This document shows, one piece after another, positions 7,781 through 17,651 of a stretch of 64,000 nt of DNA. Location of the stretch: contig JABDFA010000001.1 in assembly GCA_013286795.1 (NCBI GenBank), positions 104,970 to 168,969 on the forward strand, read 5' to 3'. A program made the translations under genes and the position numbers. A model generated the notes under the pieces. It ran no database searches and had not been told where the DNA came from. It saw nothing but the letters and a program-made list of their open reading frames with translations. Position 1 is the stretch's first letter. The number at the start of each line of letters is the position of its first letter. Source of the DNA: Candidatus Babelota bacterium (lineage in GTDB: Bacteria > Babelota > Babeliae > Babelales > JABDEC01).

Positions 7781-8869
7781 TCATTTGGGGTCATTGATGT
7801 CTATTTGAATTATCTGTGCATTTTTTGAGACCAAGAGCTCTTTTAGGTATCCATTTGATATGGGGCATGTAAATATTAACTGATTTTTTAGGCTTAATAA
7901 AGCAGTAGACAAAATTGAAATGTTCTTTTGATCTAAATCAGTTATGAAATCATCTAATAAAAATATAATATTTTGATAACCTTCTTTTTTTAATATATTA
8001 ATTTGAGCTATTTTTACTAAAAGAACTAAAAGTTTTTGTTGTCCTCGGGAGGCAAAGGCTCGAGATTTTTTATTTTTAAAATAAATATGAAAATCATCTA
8101 GATGTGATCCGAACATTGATTTTCCCAAATATTTTTCACTAGCCAATAAATTATTTTTGTTATTTAAAAAATTATCAAAAGAACTCCACGACCCTTCCTT
8201 GTCTTCATATTTTAAATTAACTAAGCAATTTTTATCTATATAAATATTTAAAAGATCATTTAGTTCTATTTCAATATTTTGTAAGATAGTCCTCCGTAAA
8301 TCACGAATAATTTGTGATTGTTCCCAAAGTTGCTTTGTCCAAATCAAGTATACCTCCTGATCAAAAACTTGATTTTGCAGTATTTTATTTCTGTTATCTA
8401 AAATTTGTTTATATTTTTTACAAGTTTGCAGAAAAGAAGCATTTGTAAGTAATATATATTGATCTAGAAAATTTCTACGATTTTCTGGACCAAGCTTAAC
8501 TAAATCTAAATCTTCTTCTGTCAGAGTAATAACTCTGTAAGAATTTAGTAATTCTTTGAAAGATAGGATAGATTTTTGATTAATTTTTACGAGTCGCTTT
8601 TTTCCAGCCAATCCTGCTTGTATCTCTGTTGTTTGTAGATCATCTTTAAAGGTAGCCTTTATAAAAAAGCTGCTTTTTTCGATTTTTATAAGTTCTTTTG
8701 CTATATGCGTTCTAAAAGATTTTAGATAGCCTAAGTAATGTAGAGCTTCTAAAATTGAAGTTTTTCCTGAACCGTTATCCCCTTCAATTAAAATAATTGG
8801 AGACTTGAAGTTAAAGATTACTTCTTCAAAACAACGAAAGTTTTTTAATTGTAAACTAACCAGTTGCAC
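7781..8869 (-). CDS. recF: DNA replication and repair protein RecF
   Basis: MQLVSLQLKNFRCFEEV.F.F...I.LIEGDNGSGKTSILEAL (Walker A). SMC-like signature GSHLDDF..YF....SRAFASRGQQKLLVLLVKIAQ. Walker B IIFLLDDF. Located downstream of dnaN. Confidence 0.9.
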   Translation of the reverse strand: MQLVSLQLKNFRCFEEVIFNFKSPIILIEGDNGSGKTSILEALHYLGYLKSFRTHIAKELIKIEKSSFFIKATFKDDLQTTEIQAGLAGKKRLVKINQKSILSFKELLNSYRVITLTEEDLDLVKLGPENRRNFLDQYILLTNASFLQTCKKYKQILDNRNKILQNQVFDQEVYLIWTKQLWEQSQIIRDLRRTILQNIEIELNDLLNIYIDKNCLVNLKYEDKEGSWSSFDNFLNNKNNLLASEKYLGKSMFGSHLDDFHIYFKNKKSRAFASRGQQKLLVLLVKIAQINILKKEGYQNIIFLLDDFITDLDQKNISILSTALLSLKNQLIFTCPISNGYLKELLVSKNAQIIQIDINDPK

Positions 8870-8888
8870 AACTCTCTCTTTTTCATGA

Positions 8889-10013
8889 TTAATTATTATA
8901 AGAAGGTGAAACAGGCATAACTAAATAAATATAATCTATATCTTTTTCATTTGATTCAAAAATTATTGGTCTATTTGAATCATTCAAATAAAAATTAACT
9001 TTATTTTGTTCAAATGCTTGTAATCCATTTAAAAGATAAGGGGTATAAAATCTGATTGTAACCTCATCTGAATTAAATTCCTCTAAAGATATTTGTTCAT
9101 GCAGTGATCCTATTTCTTTATTTGAAATAGACATTTGTAGATTTGTGTTTTCAAAATCAAACTTTGTTGCAAGGAATTGTCCTGAAAGTAAACAGGCTGA
9201 ACGCCTTAAAGATTTTAGTAGACTTGGCTTATTAATTATACCTTTTTTGAAACCGTCTTTATTTAGAATTTGTTCATATTGAGGAAACTGTTCATTTAAA
9301 ATTTTAGTAAAAAAATTAAAAGAATCGCCAGAAAACACTAATTGATTAATGCATTTGCCTAAGAAGATTGATTTATCACTAACGTTTTCTATAATTTTTT
9401 TTAATTCAAAAACTGCTCTTCTTGGTAATAACCATGATTTTGGTTCACTTAAAGAATAGTTTTTTGATATAACTTGAGCTAAGCAATGACCATCTGTAGT
9501 TGTCATTTTTATTTCTTTATTGGTTATTTCTAGCAATAAACCATTAAGTGCAGGGTTGGAATTATTTTGTGGAATAACAAAAGCGACCTTATTTAACATT
9601 TCTAGCAATAGAGCTGTATCTATTTGCATCAAATTTTCAATTCTTTCTGGAAAAGAAGGGAACTCATCTGCATTTTTTATATTTAATGATAACTGTATAG
9701 GGCCAGAATGTAATACTATTTGATTGCTTTGTATATTAAATTTAAGATCTCCATCAAGTTCTTTTACCAAATCAAAAAAACGCTTGCCGGAAACTAAAAA
9801 AGATCGAGTCTCTTCTATGTTGCTTTCTTGAGCAAAGCAACTTTGTTGCAAGCTTATTTCCAAATCTGTACTTTTTAAAATTATTTCTTTATGTCCGGTA
9901 TTAAATAATATAGAAGATGTTACATCTAATGTTGTTCGTTTTGTACAAATTGGTTGCATGGCTGACAAAATAGACGCTAAATTTTTTTGTTCTAAACTAA
10001 ATGAATGTTCCAT
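8889..10013 (-). CDS. dnaN: DNA polymerase III beta sliding clamp
   Basis: 374 aa of three-domain clamp length. Strings ILSAMQPICTKRTTLDVTSSILF, MTTTDGHCLA, LLPRRAVFELKKI, RFYTPYLLNGLQA and RPIIFES..DIDYIYLVMP are typical of DnaN. dnaN-recF order. Confidence 0.9.
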   Translation of the reverse strand: MEHSFSLEQKNLASILSAMQPICTKRTTLDVTSSILFNTGHKEIILKSTDLEISLQQSCFAQESNIEETRSFLVSGKRFFDLVKELDGDLKFNIQSNQIVLHSGPIQLSLNIKNADEFPSFPERIENLMQIDTALLLEMLNKVAFVIPQNNSNPALNGLLLEITNKEIKMTTTDGHCLAQVISKNYSLSEPKSWLLPRRAVFELKKIIENVSDKSIFLGKCINQLVFSGDSFNFFTKILNEQFPQYEQILNKDGFKKGIINKPSLLKSLRRSACLLSGQFLATKFDFENTNLQMSISNKEIGSLHEQISLEEFNSDEVTIRFYTPYLLNGLQAFEQNKVNFYLNDSNRPIIFESNEKDIDYIYLVMPVSPSYNN

Positions 10014-10070
10014 AAATTACCTTTATAATTTCATAATTTTTATTATATAAATAGTATAATAAAAATTATA

Positions 10071-10655
10071 TTATTTCAAAACAGATCCGGTCATTTTGAA
10101 CCAAATCATAAGATCAAGTTTATCCTGTGGGATATTAAATGATTTAAGAATGTTTTCAAAATCTAGATATTTTGATTTTGTTATAGTTTTCGGGATCTGA
10201 TTAATTAAATTCTGTTGTAATAAAAAACGTAGAATATGTCTGTCTATTATTGCTAAGTCATGATACCCAACATTTCTCATAAAATGGGAAGCTTCTTTGT
10301 ATCCTAAACCTTTGATATTTTCTACTAAAAAATCACGAGCTTCTTGAGAACTTGTAAATTGTGTAAGAATAGTTTTTATGTTACTAAATTTTCTCGCTTC
10401 CACTATATATTTAGCTTTATTATTATGAAATCTATGACCATGTTTTCTTATTATATCTTTAATTTCACTTTCGCTTCTATTCAAAAACCCATTTACTCCA
10501 ATCTCTTTTTGGATAGCGATAGCGCTTAATGCTTTTGAGTTAGCTGTTAATATACAAAAGCATAATTCGCTGAACCAGACAGAATCATTTTCTTGATATA
10601 TTTGCGCAAATTCTTTAAGTCTTTGTTCTATTAAGGGGCTTGTTTCTATATACAT
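10071..10655 (-). CDS. ogg: Ogg2/AGOG-like 8-oxoguanine N-glycosylase/DNA lyase (HhH-GPD superfamily)
   Basis: ~194 aa. ELCFCILTANSKA, the helix-hairpin-helix GLGYKEASHFMRNVGY and DLAIIDRHILRFL match the small Ogg2-type N-glycosylase/DNA lyase family. Confidence 0.75.
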   Translation of the reverse strand: MYIETSPLIEQRLKEFAQIYQENDSVWFSELCFCILTANSKALSAIAIQKEIGVNGFLNRSESEIKDIIRKHGHRFHNNKAKYIVEARKFSNIKTILTQFTSSQEARDFLVENIKGLGYKEASHFMRNVGYHDLAIIDRHILRFLLQQNLINQIPKTITKSKYLDFENILKSFNIPQDKLDLMIWFKMTGSVLK

Positions 10656-10701
10656 AATATTTTAATTTTTTTTAAATTAAGTATATTTTATAATATAATT
10701 A

Positions 10702-12147
10702 ATGTTTTTTCCAGAAAGTTTAAAAATGAATAACAAGCTTCCAGATATTAAAACAGATTTTGCAGCCTGGTATCAAGAGGTAGTCTATCAAGCAGAGTTA
10801 GCAGATCAATCTCCAGTTCGTGGATGTATGGTTATTCGTCCATATGGTTGGGAAATTTGGGAAAATATTAAAACAGTTTTAGATAAACGAATAAAGGAAA
10901 CAGGACATCAAAATGCAGCTTTTCCTTTGCTTATACCGGAATCATTTTTAAAAAAAGAGGCCAAGCATGTTGAAGGCTTTTCCCCAGAATTAGCTGTAGT
11001 TACCCATGCCGGTGGAAATAAACTTGAAGAGCCATTAGTTGTAAGACCAACTTCAGAAACTATTATTCATTATATGTTTGCACAATGGATAAGATCTTGG
11101 CGTGATTTACCTATGAAAATTAATCAATGGTGCAGTGTTGTAAGATGGGAAATGCGTACAAGGCCATTTTTAAGAACTACAGAATTTTTCTGGCAAGAAG
11201 GGCATACAGCACACGAAACTCAAGAAGAAGCTCTGGAAGAAGTTAAAATGATGCTTGATGAATATGTTAAATTGGCTCAAAATTATCTGGCCATACCTGT
11301 TATAACTGGAAGAAAATCTGAAAGTGAGAAATTTGCAGGCGCAGATTCCACATATACACTTGAAGGCATAATGCAAGATGGTAAAGCATTACAAATGGGA
11401 ACTTCCCATTGCATATCACAAACTTTTGCAAAAGCCTTTAATATGGCTTTTCAGGATAGAGAAGGTAAAAATAGTTATCCATATTTGACTAGTTGGGGAA
11501 TAACTACAAGATTAATAGGCGCTACTGTTATGACCCATGGGGATGAAAAGGGCTTGGTACTTCCTCCAAAAATTGCGCCTTTTCAGGTTGTTATTATCCC
11601 AATAATTTTAAAAGATAAAAAAGAGGAAGTTTTAAGGAAAGCCCAAGAAATAAAAGAACAACTTATAAAATGTGGAGTTCGAGTACATCTTGACAACGAT
11701 GAACATAAAACTCCTGGCGCTAAATTTTACCAATGGGAGCTTAAAGGCGTGCCATTAAGAATAGAAATTGGACCGAGAGATTTACAAAATGGGCAGGTAA
11801 CGTTGGTCGATCGTCTTGGAATTTTAAAACAAGCATTAACATTTGATAGCTTGTGTGATACTGTTGTAATTTCTCTAGAGAAATTACAACATGAGATGTT
11901 CTCTCGAGCAAAGCTTCGTTTAAATCAGATGTTACACAAAAAAGCTAAGTTAAATGATTTTGCAAAAGAATTAGAAGGTAATTCAGGCGCTTATCAGACA
12001 GGTTGGTGTCAATCAAGCGAATGTGAAGCTCAATTAAAACAGTATAAAGCTACAATAAGATGCTTGTTGAATGAAAAAACTTTTGAAGAATGTTTCTATT
12101 GCCATAAAAAAAATATTGTTGATATAATTGTTGCGAAAGCTTATTAA
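10702..12147 (+). CDS. proS: Prolyl-tRNA synthetase, archaeal/eukaryote-like type with a C-terminal Zn-binding domain
   Basis: F..WY.EVV..AEL.D.SPVRGCMVIRPYGWEIWENI, class II motifs (RPTSET.I, FLRT.EF.WQEGHTAH) and a C-terminal cysteine-rich tail. The true start may be the ATG at 10726 (MNNKLPD). Confidence 0.93.
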   Translation: MFFPESLKMNNKLPDIKTDFAAWYQEVVYQAELADQSPVRGCMVIRPYGWEIWENIKTVLDKRIKETGHQNAAFPLLIPESFLKKEAKHVEGFSPELAVVTHAGGNKLEEPLVVRPTSETIIHYMFAQWIRSWRDLPMKINQWCSVVRWEMRTRPFLRTTEFFWQEGHTAHETQEEALEEVKMMLDEYVKLAQNYLAIPVITGRKSESEKFAGADSTYTLEGIMQDGKALQMGTSHCISQTFAKAFNMAFQDREGKNSYPYLTSWGITTRLIGATVMTHGDEKGLVLPPKIAPFQVVIIPIILKDKKEEVLRKAQEIKEQLIKCGVRVHLDNDEHKTPGAKFYQWELKGVPLRIEIGPRDLQNGQVTLVDRLGILKQALTFDSLCDTVVISLEKLQHEMFSRAKLRLNQMLHKKAKLNDFAKELEGNSGAYQTGWCQSSECEAQLKQYKATIRCLLNEKTFEECFYCHKKNIVDIIVAKAY

Positions 12148-12154
12148 TCTAATG

Positions 12155-12246
12155 CTTCGACAAGCTCAGCATGACCGGACTTTTTCTTTCTCTCCAGTCA
12201 TCCTGAGTGAAGCGCGTAAGCGCGAAATCGAAGGACGAACCATGAA
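12155..12246. repeat. GC-rich nested inverted-repeat element in the proS-xer intergenic spacer
   Basis: Outer arms are CTTCGA (12155-12160) and TCGAAG (12228-12233). Inner arms are CTCAGCATGAC (12165-12175) and GTCATCCTGAG (12197-12207). Ends with CGAACCATGAA (12236-12246), the same 11-mer found at 38005-38015. Confidence 0.55.
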
Positions 12247-12253
12247 AGTTTAA

Positions 12254-13159
12254 ATGGATTATTTGACCAAGTTTGAGATATATTTACTTACTGAAAAGCG
12301 TGCAGCTCGTAACACTTATACAGCTTATATCACTGATATTAAAAAGTTTCTAAACTTTTTAAAGAGCCAGAATATAGATTTACTTAATGCGCAGGCACAA
12401 GAACTAAAAAAATATTTACTAATTTTGAAAAAAGAAGAAAATCTGAGTCCTCGTAGTTTGGCGAGAAATGTTTCTTCCTTAAAAGTATTTTATGGATTCT
12501 TACATAAAAATCACAATATAACCAATATCTCTACTAATTTAGTGTTTCCTAAAATAGAAAAAAGATTGCCTAATTATTTGTCTGAAGAAGAAGTTGAAAA
12601 ATTACTAGAATTTTCAAAGCAGGATTTAACTGATATTGGTATTAGAAACAAGATAATGGTATATATTCTATATGTAACTGGGATAAGAATAACAGAACTT
12701 GTAAATTTAAGGGTATCAAATATCCAATTTGATACCGGTTTTCTTTTAGTGAATGGTAAAGGAGGAAAAGATCGCTTGGTTCCTTTACCAAAAGAAGTAT
12801 CTGAAGAACTTCAAGGATATTTAAACACTACTCACTCTAAATTAATAGGCAGAGAAAAATACCATTCTACAGATTATCTTTTTCCTACACTTTATGGAAA
12901 AGTAATCAAACCTTTATCAAGACAATCATTCTGGTTGTTTTTAAAAAATTTAGCTAAACAAAGTGGTATAGAAAAAAATATTTCTCCTCATAAATTACGT
13001 CATTCTTTAGCAACCCATTTGCTCAAAAAAGGGGCCAATCTGAGATCTTTACAAATGCTTTTGGGGCATGAATCTCTTTCCACTGTTCAAATTTATACTC
13101 ATGTTGAAACGGAATTTTTAAGAAAGGTGTATGATAAGTTTCATCCTAGATCGTCTTAA
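12254..13159 (+). CDS. Tyrosine recombinase, XerC/XerD family
   Basis: N-terminal SAM-like domain (ARNTYTAYITDIKKFLNFL). Catalytic region with R (TGIRITELVNL), HKLRHSLATHLL and LLGHESLSTVQIYTHV (catalytic Tyr). ~300 aa. Confidence 0.85.
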   Translation: MDYLTKFEIYLLTEKRAARNTYTAYITDIKKFLNFLKSQNIDLLNAQAQELKKYLLILKKEENLSPRSLARNVSSLKVFYGFLHKNHNITNISTNLVFPKIEKRLPNYLSEEEVEKLLEFSKQDLTDIGIRNKIMVYILYVTGIRITELVNLRVSNIQFDTGFLLVNGKGGKDRLVPLPKEVSEELQGYLNTTHSKLIGREKYHSTDYLFPTLYGKVIKPLSRQSFWLFLKNLAKQSGIEKNISPHKLRHSLATHLLKKGANLRSLQMLLGHESLSTVQIYTHVETEFLRKVYDKFHPRSS

Positions 13160-14408
13160 CGCAATTTTATTGATATTTCTATCTACACTACTATTAAATT
13201 TGGCTTTAATCTTTCCATATCGATTTTATTTTTTAGTTTTTATTTATTTGATTCCCTTATTATATTTAAACGAAAAAAAAAAGCTTAATATGTATAAAGG
13301 GATTTTTTGGGGGATTTTTTTTTATACTATACATTTTTATTATCTATTTATATTAATATATGAAAAGGGGGAAGGGCAATTTAGACTTTTTTTTATACCA
13401 ATTATTATATTATATTTTTCTATATATTCCGGTATATGGTTTTTCTTATCATCACAATTAAGTTATCTTATAAAAAACAGGTCTCTTGGGTTAATTATAT
13501 CAACCTATTTGTACATATGGTTTATTTATAATTATATATTTTGGATTTTTCAAGAAAAGTCTGGATATGTTTTTTCTTTACCTTGTTTGCCATTAGTACA
13601 TAACAGTAGATTTTTAAGCTATTTGAGTATTTGTGGATTGGGATTTTGTATCTGTTATATATTGATATTAAATTTATTCTTATATTTTAGCACTAGAAAC
13701 AAAAAAATATTAGTCATATGTCTAATGTTTGTAATTATTTTTTTATATAATCCATTGGACCTAAGAGTTGAAGAAGATCCTTTAAAAACCTATACTTTAA
13801 AAGTAAATGCAAAAAATAAAAATCCATATGAGCTCGCCCAATCAATAAAATGGGCAATTATAGATTTAGCTAATAAAATAGATTCTGAGCCTAAAGTTAT
13901 TTTGATGCCAGAATCATCTTTTCCTTTTGCTCTTAATGATTATATCGAAGTAATAGAATGGTGGTATTATGATCTTAAAGATAAAACAATTCATATTATT
14001 TTGGGATCACATCGTAGAGAAGGGGCTTTGCTTTTTAATACCGTATATCATTTATATGAAGGCAAGATAATAAATTTTTATGATAAAACAAATTTAATGT
14101 TTTTTTCTGAAAAAATACCAACCTTATGGAAAAAATTATATATATTTAATGATCTCTTTTTAAAAGATTGCCAAGAATTTTCTTCTGGAGATAAAAATAG
14201 CTATTTTAACATTGGAGAGATTAAATCAAGTGTTTGTATTTGTTCCGATTTATTTCTCAATAAACAAATACAAACTGATTGTGATATTATTTTGCTGTTC
14301 ATGAATTATAGTTGGTTTAGATTAAAATATATAAGAAGGTTAATAGATTTTTATGTTATTTTAAAAAGAAACCAGTTAAATAGGCCTTTAATTTGTGCAA
14401 ATTTCTAA
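13131..14408 (+). CDS. lnt: Apolipoprotein N-acyltransferase-like (polytopic membrane N-domain plus CN-hydrolase domain)
   Basis: The N-terminal ~200 aa are highly hydrophobic. The C-domain has Lnt-like catalytic contexts VILMPESSFPF (Glu), YDKTNLMFFSEKIP (Lys, compare Y.K..LVPFGE) and SVCICSDLF (Cys). It is shorter than typical Lnt and the start is uncertain (29-nt overlap with xer). Confidence 0.6.
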   Translation: MISFILDRLNAILLIFLSTLLLNLALIFPYRFYFLVFIYLIPLLYLNEKKKLNMYKGIFWGIFFYTIHFYYLFILIYEKGEGQFRLFFIPIIILYFSIYSGIWFFLSSQLSYLIKNRSLGLIISTYLYIWFIYNYIFWIFQEKSGYVFSLPCLPLVHNSRFLSYLSICGLGFCICYILILNLFLYFSTRNKKILVICLMFVIIFLYNPLDLRVEEDPLKTYTLKVNAKNKNPYELAQSIKWAIIDLANKIDSEPKVILMPESSFPFALNDYIEVIEWWYYDLKDKTIHIILGSHRREGALLFNTVYHLYEGKIINFYDKTNLMFFSEKIPTLWKKLYIFNDLFLKDCQEFSSGDKNSYFNIGEIKSSVCICSDLFLNKQIQTDCDIILLFMNYSWFRLKYIRRLIDFYVILKRNQLNRPLICANF

Positions 14409-15307
14409 CTTTTGATGATGCCATGAGCAAGTTCTTCTTTATAGAATATGTAAAGACCTATTAAAAGAAAAATTGTAGTTACAAGAAAATCCCAAGAAAT
14501 TCTCTCTGCAAAAATCAACCATTGTAAAATTGCTGTAAAAATTGGAGTTAGAAAGCCACAAAAAGATAAAAAAGTCGCTGTGTACTTCTTAAGTAATGAG
14601 CCATATAAATTGTAACAGATTATATTACCAATCAATATCAACATTATAATCATAAAAGCAAAATTCTTGAAGTTATATATAGGCACTTGATTCCAATTTT
14701 CAAGTATAAGTGATGTTGCGATAGAAAATATCCCACCCAAAAACATTGTTATCCCATTAATAGTAATTAAAGAGGGGTATTTATTTAGAGATTCTTTTAT
14801 AGTTATCCATGCAAAAGAGGAACTAACAACTGACAATATTATTAATATTTCCGGAATTGATATGTGCAAAAATTCTCCGGCTAATTTTTCCATAGGAGAC
14901 TGGGATAAAATTATTGGTATAAAGCTTAAAAATCCTATAACTAAACCAACTTTTTTCTTAAAATTAATTTTTTCATTAAACATATAATAAGCAAATATTG
15001 ATGTTATAAAAGGAGATAGATTAAACAAAAGAGATGTTTTTGCAGCAGAAACGTATTCCAAGGCTAAAAATTCAAATATATATGGAATATAGATATGCAA
15101 TATGGCTAAGGGGACAAAAAGTTTAAGATCACTTTTTTTTATCTTTAAACTTTGCCTGTCAAAAAAATATAGATATAAAAGCAGAGCTAGTCCTGCCAAA
15201 ATCATTCTAATTCCAACAAAAGCTATAGGGGCTGCATATGATATTGCAGCTTTTGCAAGTATAAAAGTTATTGCAAAAAGAAAGTATAAAATAAAAATTA
15301 AAAACAT
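14405..15307 (-). CDS. EamA/DMT-family permease (10 TM)
   Basis: 300 aa with two ~140-aa hydrophobic halves of the EamA pattern (..AKAAISYAAP.AFVGIRM..AG..LL.. and a second repeat). Confidence 0.75.
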   Translation of the reverse strand: MFLIFILYFLFAITFILAKAAISYAAPIAFVGIRMILAGLALLLYLYFFDRQSLKIKKSDLKLFVPLAILHIYIPYIFEFLALEYVSAAKTSLLFNLSPFITSIFAYYMFNEKINFKKKVGLVIGFLSFIPIILSQSPMEKLAGEFLHISIPEILIILSVVSSSFAWITIKESLNKYPSLITINGITMFLGGIFSIATSLILENWNQVPIYNFKNFAFMIIMLILIGNIICYNLYGSLLKKYTATFLSFCGFLTPIFTAILQWLIFAERISWDFLVTTIFLLIGLYIFYKEELAHGIIKS

Positions 15308-15313
15308 GATTTG

Positions 15314-15967
15314 TTAAACTAAACACTTTTCTTTAGAATATTCAGTATATTCTAAAATTATATCAGCTAGTTCAGGCAATAAGCAACAGGATTCAACAAA
15401 TTCTTTGTGTAATTTTTGTCTTCTTCTTTTAGGCTCTTGCTTTATTAATTCAACCATAGCTTGTGTTTCGTTGGCCACCATTTCAGCATATCTAAAATTG
15501 GAGATCTCTAAATCAAAAGAAGCGCCTGCATATAGCAATAGCTTTGCTATAGTTATATTGCCTCTAGCCACTGCCCAATTTAGAGCAGTATCCCCTTTCC
15601 AATCTTTAATATCATAATTAGCATTGGCATCTAGAAGTAATTTCACTATTGCTTCATTTTTATTTATAGTGGCATGTATTAAAGCTGTATAACCACAGTT
15701 ACTTTGAATATCAGTGTCAGCCTCATTATCTAGCAGTAGTTTTACTATAGTTGCATAACCCTTGCTTGCAGCTTCAATTAAAGCTGTTTCATTAATCAAG
15801 TCAGGCTGATGATTTACATCTGCATACTCATCTAGAGCCTTCTGGACAAGTTTTATATTTCCTTCTTGGGCACCCCTGATGAGCATTTGATCAGGATTTT
15901 CGTCCATGCTATAAATTGATCCAATAGACCCTAGGCATATAAATGATAGTAATAATTTAAGTTTCAT
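15314..15967 (-). CDS. Leader-bearing ankyrin-repeat protein (family member 1) with C-terminal LLPELADIILEYT motif
   Basis: ANK repeats (TALIEAASKGYATIVKLLLDNEADTDIQ, YTALIHATINKNEAIVKLLLDANANYDIKD, DTALNWAVARGNITIAKLLLYAGAS). The start is set at ATG 15967-15965 (MKLKLLLSFICLGSIGSIYSM), preceded by GGAGG. The track start at 16069 adds an unsupported extension. Confidence 0.85.
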   Translation of the reverse strand: MKLKLLLSFICLGSIGSIYSMDENPDQMLIRGAQEGNIKLVQKALDEYADVNHQPDLINETALIEAASKGYATIVKLLLDNEADTDIQSNCGYTALIHATINKNEAIVKLLLDANANYDIKDWKGDTALNWAVARGNITIAKLLLYAGASFDLEISNFRYAEMVANETQAMVELIKQEPKRRRQKLHKEFVESCCLLPELADIILEYTEYSKEKCLV

Positions 15968-16146
15968 AATAAACCTCCAAAATCTATAAAAAATAAGATA
16001 TATAACTATTATTTTATAGACAAATAGTAAAAAGTCAAGTGCTAATTGTTTTGGAATTTTTATCCTCATAATTAATTTGTTGATTATTGCCCTTCTTGTT
16101 TTATATCCTAAAGAAAAGGGGAACCCTAAACATTAGGGAGAGTGGT

Positions 16147-16557
16147 ATGGAAAACTTGTCTTTGTCCTATTCTAATGAACAAAATATATTATATCTGCAA
16201 AATCAATTTTTAATAAATGGATTTCATTATTTTAAAGTTAAAAACATTTTAGATGGAAGAAAAATAATTTTAACCATGTTAAACTCTCTAAATTATTATA
16301 ATAATATTGCATGCTTAACTTCTAATAATAATGAATTTAGAGAAAATGTTTTTGATATTTATTACACTTTAACAAAAGAAAACTCTACAGAAAATATTGA
16401 TAATTTAGTAAATTTCTTTTTAGAAACTTTTGATTTCGATTTTATGTGGATAGAGGAATCAAAAGATTTTATAGAAACAAGTTGGTATAAAATCTTTAAA
16501 CAACATTTAATTGATTTTAATTTTTATAAAGTTATACCCATTATGATAATCTCTTAA
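16147..16557 (+). CDS. Hypothetical protein (no recognisable domain)
   Basis: Open frame. ATG at 16147 is preceded by GGGAGAG; the TTG at 16087 in the track is less likely. N/F/Y-rich and without a signal peptide. Confidence 0.5.
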   Translation: MENLSLSYSNEQNILYLQNQFLINGFHYFKVKNILDGRKIILTMLNSLNYYNNIACLTSNNNEFRENVFDIYYTLTKENSTENIDNLVNFFLETFDFDFMWIEESKDFIETSWYKIFKQHLIDFNFYKVIPIMIIS

Positions 16558-16571
16558 ATATTAGGATAAAA

Positions 16572-17051
16572 TTGATAATTTTAGGTATAGATCCTGGATT
16601 GCATATTTCAGGATATGCGGTTATAAAAAAAAACGGATCACAAATTATATTGATAGAGCATGGTTTTTTAAAAATGAATCCTACAAAATCAATACCAGAA
16701 CGTATTTTAGAATTTCACTCTTATTTTGATCATAAGATTAAGATTTTTGATGTTTCTGTCGTTTCACTTGAAACCCCATTTCTTGGTCGCAATGCCCAAA
16801 ATTTTTTGAAACTAGGTTACTTGAGAGGAATATTATACCTTTTGTCAAAACAGAATGATTTAAAAATTCATGAGTTTTCACCCAGACAAATCAAGCAATC
16901 TATCACAGGTTTTGGGGGGGCAGGAAAAGATCAAGTAGCACGAGTTATCTTACAATTTTTTCCAGCATTGCAGATGCCAAAAAAATTGGATGTTACAGAT
17001 GCCATAGCTATAACTTTATGTGGTGTCTGGAAGTCAAATCTAAGATTATAG
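16572..17051 (+). CDS. ruvC: Crossover junction endodeoxyribonuclease RuvC
   Basis: (M)IILGIDPGLHISGYAVIKK... , ..LETPFLGRNAQNFLKLGYLRG.., GFGGAGKDQV and DVTDAIAIT carry the RuvC acidic catalytic residues. TTG start. Confidence 0.9.
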   Translation: MIILGIDPGLHISGYAVIKKNGSQIILIEHGFLKMNPTKSIPERILEFHSYFDHKIKIFDVSVVSLETPFLGRNAQNFLKLGYLRGILYLLSKQNDLKIHEFSPRQIKQSITGFGGAGKDQVARVILQFFPALQMPKKLDVTDAIAITLCGVWKSNLRL

Positions 17052-17651
17052 TTTTGATCTTAATTCTGGAGCAATAGTTATTGGATTTTGATCTTTATTA
17101 TTTTTATCAAGTTTAATAAAGGGTATAGGATTATAGTTAGAACCTTCTGTCATATATTTGTAACAATTGAAGTAGTAATTAATTATTTTTATTTTAATTT
17201 CTGATTTAGCTTTATCTACTTTTTCTTTATAAGCTTTTGCTATTTTAATTTGATCTGAACTATAGTTATTGGTTAAGATGACTTTTTCTGCATCACTTTT
17301 AGCTTTAGAAAGAGCATTCAAATAAGCAATAGATAGTTTTTTGTATTCATCGCAAGATTCTTGAGTGATTTTATCGAATTTATTATCATAGTCTCTATTG
17401 GCCACGTCTACGAATAGTACATTTATTGATTTAATTAAATTTTTTATTTTTTCTTTAGACTCTTCAGGTAATATTGAGTTTAAAGGAGGCTCATAAATTG
17501 TTTTAGGATTTACCTCTAATAAAAATAAATTTAATATTTCTTCTACAGCTCGTTTTTTTTCTTTATAATCAAATGTCTGAAATTCTTTTTTCCAATCAGC
17601 ACAATATAAGTTAGTAGTAAATGTTATAAATATTAAAACCTTTTTGATCAT
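17046..17651 (-). CDS. Hypothetical exported protein
   Basis: N-terminal signal-like MIKKVLIFITFTTNLYCADW; the remainder is K/E-rich and probably helical. No family recognised. Confidence 0.5.
   Translation of the reverse strand: MIKKVLIFITFTTNLYCADWKKEFQTFDYKEKKRAVEEILNLFLLEVNPKTIYEPPLNSILPEESKEKIKNLIKSINVLFVDVANRDYDNKFDKITQESCDEYKKLSIAYLNALSKAKSDAEKVILTNNYSSDQIKIAKAYKEKVDKAKSEIKIKIINYYFNCYKYMTEGSNYNPIPFIKLDKNNKDQNPITIAPELRSKL

Noticed and set aside
7364-10701. Chromosomal replication origin next to dnaN
   Set aside because: dnaA is not upstream of dnaN here; an ogg-type gene is. I could not find TTATCCACA-type DnaA boxes or a clustered AT-rich unwinding repeat in the spacers at 10014-10070, 10656-10701 or 7364-7780.
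12254-13159. Tyrosine recombinase as a marker of an integrated mobile element
   Set aside because: The sequence has the XerC/XerD-type N-terminal domain and length. It lies among housekeeping genes (proS, lnt), with no flanking direct repeats, phage genes or transposon genes.
15314-15328. CaaX box at the C-terminus of ANK1 (…EKCLV)
   Set aside because: The Cys is at position -3, not -4, so this is not a CaaX tetrapeptide. Only the WD40 protein at 5019 has a proper C-a-a-X.
15968-16069. Longer N-terminal extensions given by the ORF track (starts at 16069, 6221, 29808, 43715, 48199 and 16087)
   Set aside because: In each case an internal ATG is directly preceded by a GGAG/GGAGG-type RBS and yields the conserved family leader. 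The upstream extension has no RBS and an odd composition.
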